A stretch of 64,000 nucleotides of DNA from positions 43,172 to 107,171 of IMG/VR virus record IMGVR_UViG_650627007_000001, one strand, 5' to 3'. Of the stretch, positions 35,901-44,584 are shown piece by piece. The DNA comes from Chrysonvirus as5. Lineage: Duplodnaviria > Heunggongvirae > Uroviricota > Caudoviricetes > Straboviridae. Position 1 is the stretch's first letter. Each line of letters begins with the position of its first letter. Under the pieces are notes generated by a model, which searched no databases, was not told the origin of the DNA, and saw only the letters and a program-made list of their open reading frames with translations. Made by a program: the position numbers and the translations under genes.

Positions 35901-36930
35901 TAACACTTGGTTCCATATATATTCAGAAGGAAATCAGTTTAAGATCAGTCAAGGAACTACTGCACAAACAAACGTATTTGCAATAAACAGCAACGGTGAT
36001 ATGGATATTGCGGGTTCGACTATTTCTAAGTATTTTAGAACTGATGAACTAGGAGGAACTAATACAGTAGCTCCATTTGCGAGTAAATCCAGTGGTGGTT
36101 CTTATGCCGCGATGTATACTAGATATGCTCCATTCCATACTGATGTTGTGCAAACTGGATCATCTTATGCTCCTAATGCTTCAATCAGATATACACATAA
36201 CGGCACATACGCTGGTATGTATTCGACTGGTGTTTTGTGTGAGAGTGCAGGAACTCCTGGTAAATATACTATTCATCACATTAACCAATCTGCTGGTTCA
36301 TCCAAAGTTTGGAGCTTTGATGGTAGTACAGGTAGATTTACTGCTGATGGTCCTATTAGTTGTACCAATATTGATGTAAATGACGTTATTAGCGGAGAAA
36401 ATTTACATCTTACTGGAAATATTAGACTGAACAATAGTGCTCCTACTATTACCATGCAAGATACCGATCACATGGGCGCATTCTTGCACACAAATAGTAA
36501 TAACTTCTATGTGTTGAGATCTCCGACTGCGAATAACGGAAACTTCGATAGTGGTCCAGGTGGTGTTCATCCAATGACATTAAACTTGTCAACTGGCGAT
36601 GCACAATTTAGCCGCAACGGTAGCTTTAACGATGTTCAGATTAGATCTGATATTAGACTGAAATCTAACTTCGAACCAATCTTGAATGCTGTTGATAAAG
36701 TTTGCACATTGAGCGGTAAGACATTTGATAAAGTTGGATGCGACAAACGAGAAGCTGGTATTATTGCTCAAGATCTTGAGAAAGTATTGCCAGAAGCGAT
36801 TGGTAGTTTTAAAAATACTGCTGGTGAAGAGTATCTGACTGTTTCTAACTCTGGTGTTAATGCACTATTGGTAGAAGCTATCAAAGAACTTAAAGCCGAA
36901 ATCGAAGAACTTAAATCTAAACTTAACTAA
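32989..36930 (+). CDS. 36: distal long tail fibre A (gp36-37 fusion) with C-terminal intramolecular chaperone (peptidase S74)
   Basis: MADLKLGSQIGGNLIWHQG gp36-type start; fibre repeats; SDIRLK...GIIAQ....PEA...LVEAIKEL chaperone motif. Confidence 0.85.
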   Translation: MADLKLGSQIGGNLIWHQGILELNPVDDKLYYQDQEMMTTRGNQTLLGAIKFGTPNDMYDIESMSDGAGGIKRYLRKFRSGATSTIWHETITDRLYTISTGVTDTAPQFTLNNGDSATFQYPVLTNSPQSGLGNALARKDYVDSIDAKNVAKAGDTMSGDLLFNSTARKIRVNEIASITSGWDAAGNSTFFKLGAYDVSKGGDLLEIRAAGAGVGNRTSGFDVRTTKNISNTPLYVGDNMVYHPGNKPTPGDINAYTKSEVDEKHWIRVKDERAAMIAPNVLPKSTMAAYFTNQSDVSSSWVSGFTVNGWDSTYAAWSLFAGSRSDVDQNQLWFKHGRSSWLPSSRIYHEQDKPTNDELNLVSRAGDSMTGVLNMKVTDSMGFGKYSIRMNNGSIGGLNQLVFGDPSDTTSEGIAWPKTGKNDSATTNAEYDLLWALDGDLKFNNKSTYGEWNKPTNEDLNLVSRSGDWMNGKLEIRNAEFEVKHNNVRRVITRLGVQNDAKPFMVLICPKYVGKALPKRGFVGRVTFERGATTSTLQSQYVDISAVTAYTATDAQIHYASYYANVKLVYHTHTDGIEYLALYRNIQSSATVFIDGYLYGSEEMIVISDATGLTVTDVSTRERIYSSGNKPTNEDLNLVSRAGDTITGDLVVSGKITVSKVLLSGAQGTEENALTRKDYVDTKVGTAVQSVTATGAVKSTGGINPVISLVNATTTEDGAMSAADKAKLNGLPAAAVNKTGDSMTGSLTFTNDSQLVWSRNTDWAKIGFKNDSDSDADSYMWFETGDNGNEYFKFRVKPTGSTTSEDVFLIKRNETRSNGRFFVDPSISGSDLITLIGTPNPTGTNARGISGYESTGTTREWGVGAYSENGVILYSYLGFGETPWNNGVKIYADKVVSPTSFNAPDFIQTTPQSSVAGASTRKDYVDTQIAAIDAKNVSKAGDTMTGELTMPKVKSALNLLDKASIRFADLTNTWFHIYSEGNQFKISQGTTAQTNVFAINSNGDMDIAGSTISKYFRTDELGGTNTVAPFASKSSGGSYAAMYTRYAPFHTDVVQTGSSYAPNASIRYTHNGTYAGMYSTGVLCESAGTPGKYTIHHINQSAGSSKVWSFDGSTGRFTADGPISCTNIDVNDVISGENLHLTGNIRLNNSAPTITMQDTDHMGAFLHTNSNNFYVLRSPTANNGNFDSGPGGVHPMTLNLSTGDAQFSRNGSFNDVQIRSDIRLKSNFEPILNAVDKVCTLSGKTFDKVGCDKREAGIIAQDLEKVLPEAIGSFKNTAGEEYLTVSNSGVNALLVEAIKELKAEIEELKSKLN
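34044..34919 (+). repeat. module-junction repeats in fibre A (34044-34088, 34347-34373, 34875-34919)
   Basis: first and third copies 43/45 nt identical; encode KPTNxxLNLVSRAGD. Confidence 0.85.
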
Positions 36931-36935
36931 GGAGG

Positions 36936-36955
36936 ACGGGGAGAAATCCCCGTTT
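36936..36955 (+). terminator. hairpin after fibre A
   Basis: ACGGGGA-GAAA-TCCCCGT-TT. Confidence 0.55.
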
Positions 36956-36960
36956 AAATT

Positions 36961-37401
36961 ATGGTAGCATTACCGTTTTGGCTTAGCACGGCCAATACAG
37001 AATTAAGAGCCAATGGATGGGCTAGCAACATGAGAACACAAGCGGGTTTGCCTGCTGCTGGATTTATGAGTCAGTTGGTAAATAAAACCGCGATCAGTTT
37101 GATTGCTGCACCAAGTAGAACTAGCTCAATGCCAGTTTATTTCTCATACGTAGGTGGAAAAGTTATTATGGAAGTTCCAACATATAACTTGAAACAAGAG
37201 ATTATACTCGGCATGCCATATGTAAATATTACATGGACTGGTCCAGTAGAAGCACAGGGATATCATGGTGGATGGCAGAGAATGGATGCTGGAATGATTA
37301 AAATGGTGAAAACAGTTCAAGCGACGACAGAATTTGTTATTACGTTTTCTAGCTCACCAGATGGAACAACATCAAGACATCAGTGGACGTTTAAAAACTA
37401 A
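36961..37401 (+). CDS. gp38-like tip/adhesin protein (short)
   Basis: N-terminus (W..TA...A.W...M...AGL...GFMS.L) resembles T2-type gp38 docking domain; no Gly-rich repeats; position. Confidence 0.55.
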   Translation: MVALPFWLSTANTELRANGWASNMRTQAGLPAAGFMSQLVNKTAISLIAAPSRTSSMPVYFSYVGGKVIMEVPTYNLKQEIILGMPYVNITWTGPVEAQGYHGGWQRMDAGMIKMVKTVQATTEFVITFSSSPDGTTSRHQWTFKN

Positions 37402-37430
37402 GGCACCTTCGGGTGCCTTTTTGCTAAATA
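37400..37430 (+). terminator. terminator followed by late promoter for fibre B
   Basis: AAGGCACC-TTCG-GGTGCCTTTTT then CTAAATA at 37424-37430. Confidence 0.8.
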
Positions 37431-37456
37431 CTGCTATAAACTGAGAGGAGTCTATA

Positions 37457-40400
37457 ATGGCAGACCTTAAATTAGGATCACAAATCGGAGGTAATCTGAT
37501 TTGGCACCAGGGCATTCTTGAGCTAAACCCTCTTGATGATAGCCTGTTTTATAAAGAATTCGATGTGATCACCTCAAAGGGCGGTCAGACAATTAATGGC
37601 GGTATTAATCTAAAAGGCGATATCGTTACAACTGGAAAAGTTATTGCAGTCGGCAATGATGTGGGTTGGGGACAAGCACCAAACGCAGCATTCAACATGG
37701 ACAAAGATAACACAGCTGGTGCTCACTGGCTTATTGCAAGTCGTAAAGCAGATGGAACCCCGCGCTCTGGTATTCAAGTTCTTACAAACGATGTTGGCGA
37801 AGTTAGAATTTACACAAACAAAAACGCTAACTATGTCGGATTCCGAGATGGCCAAGTTTTTATCCCTGCAACGACGCCATCGGCAGCGTCTCACGCAGCT
37901 CGGAAAGATTATGTAGATCGTGAAGTTGATAAAGCGATGCAGTTCGCAGAAACAACTACCGATAAACTCACTGCTGATCTGGCTACCGCAAATACCAAGA
38001 TTGATACCCTTGATGCACAGAATGTAAAGATTACTGGCGCTCAATCAATCGCTGGAACAAAGACATTTACCGACCCCGTTGTTTTGGAAGATCAGCCAAC
38101 TGCTGATACTCATGCAGCAAACAAGAAATACGTCGATACCAAAGTCGGTACTGCGGTCCAAGGCATTGCGACTACTGCACCATTGACTACTACTGGAGGC
38201 GTCAATCCAACGCTGGCCATCACGGCTGCTTCGCGCACTGCTTCCGGTTCTATGAGTGCTCAAGACAAAGTTAAACTAGACGATCTTCCAGCCGACGCTT
38301 TGAGCCGTTCTGGTGGTAACATGAAGAACGGTGGATATATCAACATCGAAGGTGTTGGTGGATTGCGTTCATTGTATAACAGCAAGACATATTCTATTAT
38401 GCGAGATCATAATAACGGCAACGTTACTTTAGGCGCTGCTAGTGGTGATCTGTATTTGGGATATAATACAACTGCCGAAGAATATACAACAAAAAACGTT
38501 GTATTGCATCAAGCAATGAAATGGAATGCGGGTAATGGACGAGTTCTGGTTGATACAGATGGATTTATTCCATGGGCTTCTATCAAAGATAAAGTTGGTC
38601 TAGAAGGTAAGACTAAGAATATCAGGGGTCCAATCAACTTTGACGAATACGAGTCAACCGGTTTTTATAACTTGTATTTGGCACGTGCAACTGGATCAGT
38701 TAATCCTCCTCCATTGGATTACGGTACAATGTTTGTTATTGGCTCAGATAAAGACGCTAATACCTTCGTGACTCAAATCGCGACAGATAGAACACAAGGC
38801 TCCACATACATCAGAACTAGAAATGATGGTACAATGGCTTGGACACCTTGGGTAAAACAAATCGATGAACGTGGCGGAGATGTTGATAAACTAAAAGTGA
38901 ATCAAGATCTAGTAGTAGGAAACGGAATCGAAGTAGCGGCAACATCCGTCGTTCATACTGTAAAAGCATTAGGAAATACAGCGGATGCTAAACCTTCTCT
39001 AATTCTTCTTGCGAAGCGTTCTAGTTCTACTCCTATTGAGAAAAATGGATTTATAGGAAAAATTATTTTCAATCGCGGTGCTACTACCTCTAATTTGCAA
39101 AGTGATTATGCAGAAGTTGCAGTATATAGCGGATATACCGAACAGTATGCAAGGATCCATTATCTATCCGGCGCAAAAACATCTGGCACAAAACTGGTAT
39201 ATCATACATACAACGGCGTTGAATATATTGCGCTGTATCGTTCCGCAATTAGTATGGCACATGTTGTAGTTGATGGACTTAGATATGGAGCACATCCGAT
39301 ACTTATTCCAGACGCAACCGGATTGACAGTTACCGACATTAGTGTCAGAGAAGAGATTCTTAGTCTTCATAATCTACCGACAAATGATGATTTAAATCTA
39401 GTGTCTCGCGCTGGTGATGCTATGACAGGAACACTGACTGCTGCTAAAATCAAAAACTCAATTATGGTGAATGATAAAGGTAGTATTAGTTTCCAAGATG
39501 CGGCAGATACAAGATTCCATTTGGCATCAGAATCAAACTCTCTTACTTTGAGTCACGGCAACGAAGGACAAAACGCTCTTGTTTCTTTCCTTGGTGATGG
39601 ATCTATTAACGCAACTGGACCAGTTGTAGCAACTGCATTCAGATCTTCTGGTGATTATGGTTTCGTTCGTTCGACTAATAGCACTCAAGGTATGTTTGTT
39701 GGTGCAGACGGTAGAACTATTATCGGTGGCGGAGCTGGTGCAACAGGAACAATCCATTTGCGTCCTCAAGGCATAGGAACAACAACAGTTGAAACTATTA
39801 TCGCGAATGATGGTACTATTACACTGGGCAAACAGGGAACGGCTGCTGGACATCTAGTTAATAAGGCATATGTTGACGCAGTAGACGCGAAGAACGTTGC
39901 GAAAGCCGGCGATTCAATGACTGGTGCATTAAACAACACCAAAGCGTTTGTCTCGAATGATTATATCATGGTAGACAAGAACTCCAAGAAGTTGGCATTG
40001 GAAATTGATTCCGGTACATCTAAGATTCCTTATATTAGCGTCGATGCTACTTATAGAGCATTAGAATTTTTGCCTAATAGAAGGGTACTGGCAACACATG
40101 GATATGAAGTCGGAGGAACTAATTCCACTTCCGAATATTTCTTTACTCCATTATCTGGAGTATCAACTGATTGGGCAAGAGGATTTACTGCTATTGAGAC
40201 CGATGGTTCAAGAAAAGCGGCATTTGGATTCCACGGAAAGCCAACCGGAGAAATTGATTTCATTTATCTTGGAGTTGGTGCTGCTCCTTGGAATGCCAAC
40301 GCAGGTATTCAAATCAACGCTAACAATCAGATGTTGATGAAAGATGGACAATCCGGCGCTGCTACATTCGGCGCGGGCGCGAGTGCTTTGTTTATCAATA

Positions 40401-41452
40401 ATACATCAAACGCTTGGTTCCATATTAACAGACAAACCGGAAAAGGATTTGAAGGACTTGCTATTTCCGATGGCGTTGCTCCCAGTGAAACTAACCCAAT
40501 CGCTGTATTTGAAGCTAGTAAAATACTATTGCGTAGACCAACATATGTGTATGGTAATGGTCAATTCCAGATTAACACAGGCGGTAATCCAGTATTAGAA
40601 TTTCATGTTCCTGGAAAACACGCTCGTATTGTATGGCTTGATAATACAACAGGCGATTTGAACTTTGGTCAGTCGAATGGTTCATTTGGTGAAGCGAAAC
40701 GATACATGCAAATGCGAGCAGAGGGAACCGGATTGACTATGTATGGAACTAACTGGGCAGCCGGTGGTTCACACGCATATGCAGATCAATGGGCAAGAGA
40801 AGCTCCTATTCAAATTGATTTTGGAGCCGTGGCTGGTTCGTCTGATTATTATCAAATCGTGAAGGGACGTTCCGTTGTTTCGGGTGTTGGATATACAACT
40901 GACGTTGAACTTGGAGTATTGCGTTCTGGCAACGTTTGGGGTCAAGGTATTATTCGGGTTGGTTCCGGTGAAAGTGGTACTAAAGGAACAATGGGAATTT
41001 ATACTTTTGATATCAGTGGTAACTTTAGATCTCCGGGTGGAGTATACGGAGGAACTGGAGTATATGATTCTGGTGACCGCGTATATTCTGTAAATAACCC
41101 GCCGCCGTCAAACACGCACACACACAATAATATCAGAGCTACTAGCGCAGTCACGATATTTGATGGGGATGTTGGTGGAGGAAACTTCGCATTAACTCGT
41201 CCATGGACAGACTTTGACATGATAATGTTTGTTGTTGGCTGGGATGATATGGGATTAGTTAGTCCGAAAACATTCACTAGATATGATCTAGAATATCTAC
41301 AAGCAATTGGTTGGAACTACGATATTTCTGGTGGTTCGGGTGGATTAGGTTGGGGCGGAAGATTCTCTGCTGATAACCGGACATTCGTTACCGCTTGGGA
41401 AAATGGTAGAGTTCGAAAAGTTGTCGGATATAATCTGAGAACCGTTAACTAA
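37457..41452 (+). CDS. distal long tail fibre B (second gp36-37 fusion), different C-terminal tip, no S74 chaperone
   Basis: same first 25 aa as fibre A; fibre repeats ...KDYVD, AKAGDSMTG; distinct C-terminus. Confidence 0.85.
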   Translation: MADLKLGSQIGGNLIWHQGILELNPLDDSLFYKEFDVITSKGGQTINGGINLKGDIVTTGKVIAVGNDVGWGQAPNAAFNMDKDNTAGAHWLIASRKADGTPRSGIQVLTNDVGEVRIYTNKNANYVGFRDGQVFIPATTPSAASHAARKDYVDREVDKAMQFAETTTDKLTADLATANTKIDTLDAQNVKITGAQSIAGTKTFTDPVVLEDQPTADTHAANKKYVDTKVGTAVQGIATTAPLTTTGGVNPTLAITAASRTASGSMSAQDKVKLDDLPADALSRSGGNMKNGGYINIEGVGGLRSLYNSKTYSIMRDHNNGNVTLGAASGDLYLGYNTTAEEYTTKNVVLHQAMKWNAGNGRVLVDTDGFIPWASIKDKVGLEGKTKNIRGPINFDEYESTGFYNLYLARATGSVNPPPLDYGTMFVIGSDKDANTFVTQIATDRTQGSTYIRTRNDGTMAWTPWVKQIDERGGDVDKLKVNQDLVVGNGIEVAATSVVHTVKALGNTADAKPSLILLAKRSSSTPIEKNGFIGKIIFNRGATTSNLQSDYAEVAVYSGYTEQYARIHYLSGAKTSGTKLVYHTYNGVEYIALYRSAISMAHVVVDGLRYGAHPILIPDATGLTVTDISVREEILSLHNLPTNDDLNLVSRAGDAMTGTLTAAKIKNSIMVNDKGSISFQDAADTRFHLASESNSLTLSHGNEGQNALVSFLGDGSINATGPVVATAFRSSGDYGFVRSTNSTQGMFVGADGRTIIGGGAGATGTIHLRPQGIGTTTVETIIANDGTITLGKQGTAAGHLVNKAYVDAVDAKNVAKAGDSMTGALNNTKAFVSNDYIMVDKNSKKLALEIDSGTSKIPYISVDATYRALEFLPNRRVLATHGYEVGGTNSTSEYFFTPLSGVSTDWARGFTAIETDGSRKAAFGFHGKPTGEIDFIYLGVGAAPWNANAGIQINANNQMLMKDGQSGAATFGAGASALFINNTSNAWFHINRQTGKGFEGLAISDGVAPSETNPIAVFEASKILLRRPTYVYGNGQFQINTGGNPVLEFHVPGKHARIVWLDNTTGDLNFGQSNGSFGEAKRYMQMRAEGTGLTMYGTNWAAGGSHAYADQWAREAPIQIDFGAVAGSSDYYQIVKGRSVVSGVGYTTDVELGVLRSGNVWGQGIIRVGSGESGTKGTMGIYTFDISGNFRSPGGVYGGTGVYDSGDRVYSVNNPPPSNTHTHNNIRATSAVTIFDGDVGGGNFALTRPWTDFDMIMFVVGWDDMGLVSPKTFTRYDLEYLQAIGWNYDISGGSGGLGWGGRFSADNRTFVTAWENGRVRKVVGYNLRTVN

Positions 41453-41488
41453 ATAATAAACTAAGGGGCTTCGGCCCCTTTTATTTTT
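41449..41488 (+). promoter_or_regulatory. late promoter CTAAATA and hairpin AGGGGC-TTCG-GCCCCTTTT
   Basis: sequence motifs. Confidence 0.65.
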
Positions 41489-41500
41489 AAAGGAGATAAA

Positions 41501-42028
41501 ATGAAAGTTATTTTAAGAATGCTACAGCATATTGTTTTGCTGCCTATTCACTTATTCATGTGCCTAACGTGCTGGATCTTATCACCAGTGCTTCCTTTGT
41601 TTGCGATAAATAAAGAGACGCTACCAAACTGGTTGAGCTGGTATCAAACTCCAGACGCTCCACTAGATGGCGATAGCGGTCACGTAGAACGTTGCCAAGG
41701 ATATCCTCGTTATATTCAACGAGTATTATGGCTAATTCGAAATCCGGCATATGGATTTGCTTGGTCTGTTCTTGCATATCAGCCAAAGAGTCCAAAATTT
41801 AAATGGCGAGGATCTCTTGGATATACTAAAGGAGACGAAGCCAAGTTTGGCTGGTATTTCATCACTCAAGAATGCGGACATTTCCAATTCAGTATGAGAT
41901 ATCCGAGTGTATTTGGGAAACAGTTCAGATTTAGATTTGGATGGAAAATGATTGGGATTGCTGCTGCTGGGACATGGCGTGAACGGAAGAAATTTGTTTT
42001 CACATTGAATCCACTTGACGGAGGCTAA
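41501..42028 (+). CDS. hypothetical protein with N-terminal hydrophobic helix, Trp/aromatic-rich
   Basis: 175 aa, AAGGAG SD; WLSWYQTPD..LDGD, RNPAYGF motifs. Confidence 0.75.
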   Translation: MKVILRMLQHIVLLPIHLFMCLTCWILSPVLPLFAINKETLPNWLSWYQTPDAPLDGDSGHVERCQGYPRYIQRVLWLIRNPAYGFAWSVLAYQPKSPKFKWRGSLGYTKGDEAKFGWYFITQECGHFQFSMRYPSVFGKQFRFRFGWKMIGIAAAGTWRERKKFVFTLNPLDGG

Positions 42029-42526
42029 ATGCTTGCACAAATGCTAAAGCAAGATGAAGGTTATAAAGAGACTGTATATTGGGACACAGAAGGATATCCC
42101 ACTATCGGAATCGGACACCTCATCATGCGTAAAAGAACAAAAGATATGGGAGAGATTAATCGCGAATTAAGTTCCCATGTTGGAAGAAATATTAAAGACG
42201 GTAAGATCAGTGCAAACGAAGTATTGGCTTTGTTTGAACGAGACATGGACGTTGTTAGACGTTCAATCGCGAATTATGCCGCATTGTCCGGTGTATACGA
42301 CACTTTAGACACGGTGCGCAAGAATGCCATTGAGAACATGGTATTTCAAATGGGGGCGCTTGGTGTGTCGAAATTCCCTAGTATGCTAAGAGCACTTCGA
42401 AACAAGGATTGGAACGAAGCATATCGCCAAGCACTCAACAGTGCATGGGCAAAACAAACGCCAAATCGCGCCAATCGCGTGGCCAGCGTTTTGAAGCTCG
42501 GCAGCTATGCTCCCTATGGCTTCTAA
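42029..42526 (+). CDS. e: T4-type lysozyme (endolysin)
   Basis: DEGY....Y.DTEGYPTIGIGHL, NMVFQMG..GV..F, W..QTPNRA.RV. Confidence 0.93.
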   Translation: MLAQMLKQDEGYKETVYWDTEGYPTIGIGHLIMRKRTKDMGEINRELSSHVGRNIKDGKISANEVLALFERDMDVVRRSIANYAALSGVYDTLDTVRKNAIENMVFQMGALGVSKFPSMLRALRNKDWNEAYRQALNSAWAKQTPNRANRVASVLKLGSYAPYGF

Positions 42527-42854
42527 TCAGGAATCTCGGATATTCTCGTTGGGAGAGTGGTCAACGCTTCTTAGTGTTATCGTTATTGTTACGGTAGCTG
42601 CGGCAGGTGCGATGACTGCGATCTATCGTTTAGGACAGATAGAATCGGCACAGGAGAAAATGGAAAGTCGAATTGTGTCAATCGAAAATCGAGTAAACGA
42701 AATGAATACCGTAGATAGTAATCAAGATACCAAGATTGAATATCTACAGAAGCAACAAGAGAAGACAAACGAAATAACGGAAAAGATGAATGATACCCTG
42801 AATAACTTGAATGTGAGTATAAACAAGTTGCAGGTAGCCATTGATCGGAAGTAA
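42507..42854 (+). CDS. putative holin (single TM + coiled coil)
   Basis: one TM then heptads; sits at T4 gene t position next to endolysin; not visibly gpT-like. Confidence 0.55.
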   Translation: MLPMASNQESRIFSLGEWSTLLSVIVIVTVAAAGAMTAIYRLGQIESAQEKMESRIVSIENRVNEMNTVDSNQDTKIEYLQKQQEKTNEITEKMNDTLNNLNVSINKLQVAIDRK

Positions 42855-42856
42855 AC

Positions 42857-42887
42857 AAAAGGGAGCCCTCGGGCTCCCTTTCTTTTT
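42857..42887. terminator. bidirectional terminator between late and early blocks
   Basis: AAAAGGGAGCC-CTCG-GGCTCCCTTT. Confidence 0.85.
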
Positions 42888-43179
42888 ATGCAAAGTCAAC
42901 GTGACCGCGTGGTCCCATCATTGCATTCAACATTTCATAGTGTTCTTGCGCGGAGAACTCAGTCAGCACTTCGGCTCGTTCTTCATCAGTGAGTCTACCG
43001 ACCATTTGTCTAAAACTCATTTTGGTGAACTCAAGCCCACGTACAGTTCGGAATCCAGCTTCATTCAGAAAATCGATAAGATTTTGCTGGGTATCCAATA
43101 TTTCGCCTTCAACTTCCAGTTTGATTAGAAGTGAGACAGTCGCGATGATATCTTTAACAAGTTCCAATTTGGCGTTCAT
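42886..43179 (-). CDS. asiA: anti-sigma70 protein
   Basis: V..II...S.LIK, FLNE.G, SFR..V..LT.E pattern of T4 AsiA; synteny. Confidence 0.85.
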   Translation of the reverse strand: MNAKLELVKDIIATVSLLIKLEVEGEILDTQQNLIDFLNEAGFRTVRGLEFTKMSFRQMVGRLTDEERAEVLTEFSAQEHYEMLNAMMGPRGHVDFA

Positions 43180-43436
43180 ACTACATAGCCTATTTCGCGC
43201 AGGGTAATCGCCTCATTTTCGAGTGCGTTACCTCTAAATCTAATTTGGTGTCCGTCATTTAGCACGATTAGGCTTGACGTAACACGGTTATGAATATCCC
43301 GAGTTAAGGTTACGTCAACCTCTGACATCTGATATTTTTCCAGGTCGATTTGAATCGACGTCTTAACTTCTTGTTCTTGCCAATCGGGTGGCAAACCCTC
43401 ACAGATCTTTCCTGTGACTAAAGTCATGAGCGGCAC
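43176..43436 (-). CDS. hypothetical protein
   Basis: 86 aa ORF. Confidence 0.65.
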   Translation of the reverse strand: MPLMTLVTGKICEGLPPDWQEQEVKTSIQIDLEKYQMSEVDVTLTRDIHNRVTSSLIVLNDGHQIRFRGNALENEAITLREIGYVV

Positions 43437-43716
43437 GGGTCAGTTTCTCCACAATGTCGTCCATGGTAACCAGTTGAATGCCGTCTGCTTGTTTGAATGC
43501 AATATCACCGTCGTTTTCCATATGACGGAACATAGCGTTCACACTGTCAAACAGTCGAAACTTTGTGGAGTATCGATCCTTGATACTCATTAACATACCG
43601 AACTGGTCGAGTTCGAAAATGCCATCTGAGATTGTAATCGCGTCGAGCGGTAATGCGTGATTATCAGAGTCAACGGCAAACACATGGTTACCACGAAACA
43701 GAAAATAACGTTTCAT
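43399..43716 (-). CDS. hypothetical protein
   Basis: 105 aa ORF with GAGG SD. Confidence 0.7.
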   Translation of the reverse strand: MKRYFLFRGNHVFAVDSDNHALPLDAITISDGIFELDQFGMLMSIKDRYSTKFRLFDSVNAMFRHMENDGDIAFKQADGIQLVTMDDIVEKLTRAAHDFSHRKDL

Positions 43717-43742
43717 TTTGTATACCTCAAACCAGAATTGAA

Positions 43743-43868
43743 TTAGTAGTCGATTTTGCCTTTGTGCTTCATCTTGCGAGCACCGGCGTTTTTGCTTTGC
43801 TTCTTGCGATCAACCATGACAACGGCATTGTTGAATTCGCGAGCATGTTTGGCAACAAAGTTTTGCAT
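43743..43868 (-). CDS. 41-aa basic miniprotein (MQNFVAKHAREFNNAVVMVDRKKQSKNAGARKMKHKGKIDY)
   Basis: manual translation; GAGG SD; N.VAK...FN and RK.KHKG motifs recall small ORFs of the T4 arn region. Confidence 0.7.
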   Translation of the reverse strand: MQNFVAKHAREFNNAVVMVDRKKQSKNAGARKMKHKGKIDY

Positions 43869-43877
43869 TTCTTTACC

Positions 43878-44312
43878 TCAGTCAATGAATACAAGTATGG
43901 TAGCGACAATCACAAAGAAAGTCAACAGTTGAATATTTAGTTGACGTTCGATTTTCTTTCGCTCGTCTTTGCTGAGACGATCAAACTTTTCAGCGGCAAA
44001 ATCTGCGATCTCAGTTGCACCATTACCAGACTTGCGGCAGAGGTAATCGAAGATCAGAATATGCTTGAACTTGTTGCCTACCGTCTGAATTCTGTTTGCT
44101 TCGATTGTATATGTCTTGACATACGCACCGAACATAAACATCGAACCCCAGATTTTCAGACCAAGTACCCATTCTGTAGGTTCACCCAGCAACATTGCGA
44201 AGACGTTAGCGGCGACAATCAATATGCCGAGTAAACCAAACACGCGGCATAGAGAATGCCACTCGACTTGCTCTTGCTTCATTGCGCGATTGAGTCGAGT
44301 GGCAAGCATCAT
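43878..44312 (-). CDS. three-TM membrane protein
   Basis: hydrophobic segments. Confidence 0.7.
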   Translation of the reverse strand: MMLATRLNRAMKQEQVEWHSLCRVFGLLGILIVAANVFAMLLGEPTEWVLGLKIWGSMFMFGAYVKTYTIEANRIQTVGNKFKHILIFDYLCRKSGNGATEIADFAAEKFDRLSKDERKKIERQLNIQLLTFFVIVATILVFID

Positions 44313-44584
44313 TTCAGCAGTTCCTCGAACTTCTGTGCGATACGACCGGCGCGTTCCGCATCTTGACGCTTGTTGGCTTGACGCTTTTGGATAACGGCGA
44401 TGTCTTTGTCCAGTTGCTCTACTTGTGCAATATCATCGGCTTGACGCTCTTTCAGCTCGGTAACAGTTTGTTCCAGTTGCTCAACAATTGCAGTCAGCGG
44501 ACGAGGACCGATAGTCAGTTCAGCATCACCTGCGAATTCACGAACACGGCGTTGTGCAGCTTGCCAGAATGAAAAAATACTCAT
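44309..44584 (-). CDS. hypothetical coiled-coil protein
   Basis: 91 aa, coupled to 52. Confidence 0.75.
   Translation of the reverse strand: MSIFSFWQAAQRRVREFAGDAELTIGPRPLTAIVEQLEQTVTELKERQADDIAQVEQLDKDIAVIQKRQANKRQDAERAGRIAQKFEELLK

Noticed and set aside
32989-41452. Shufflon or DGR explanation for two fibres
   Set aside because: No invertase, reverse transcriptase, inverted cassettes or adenine-mutated template repeat seen; both genes are full length and co-oriented
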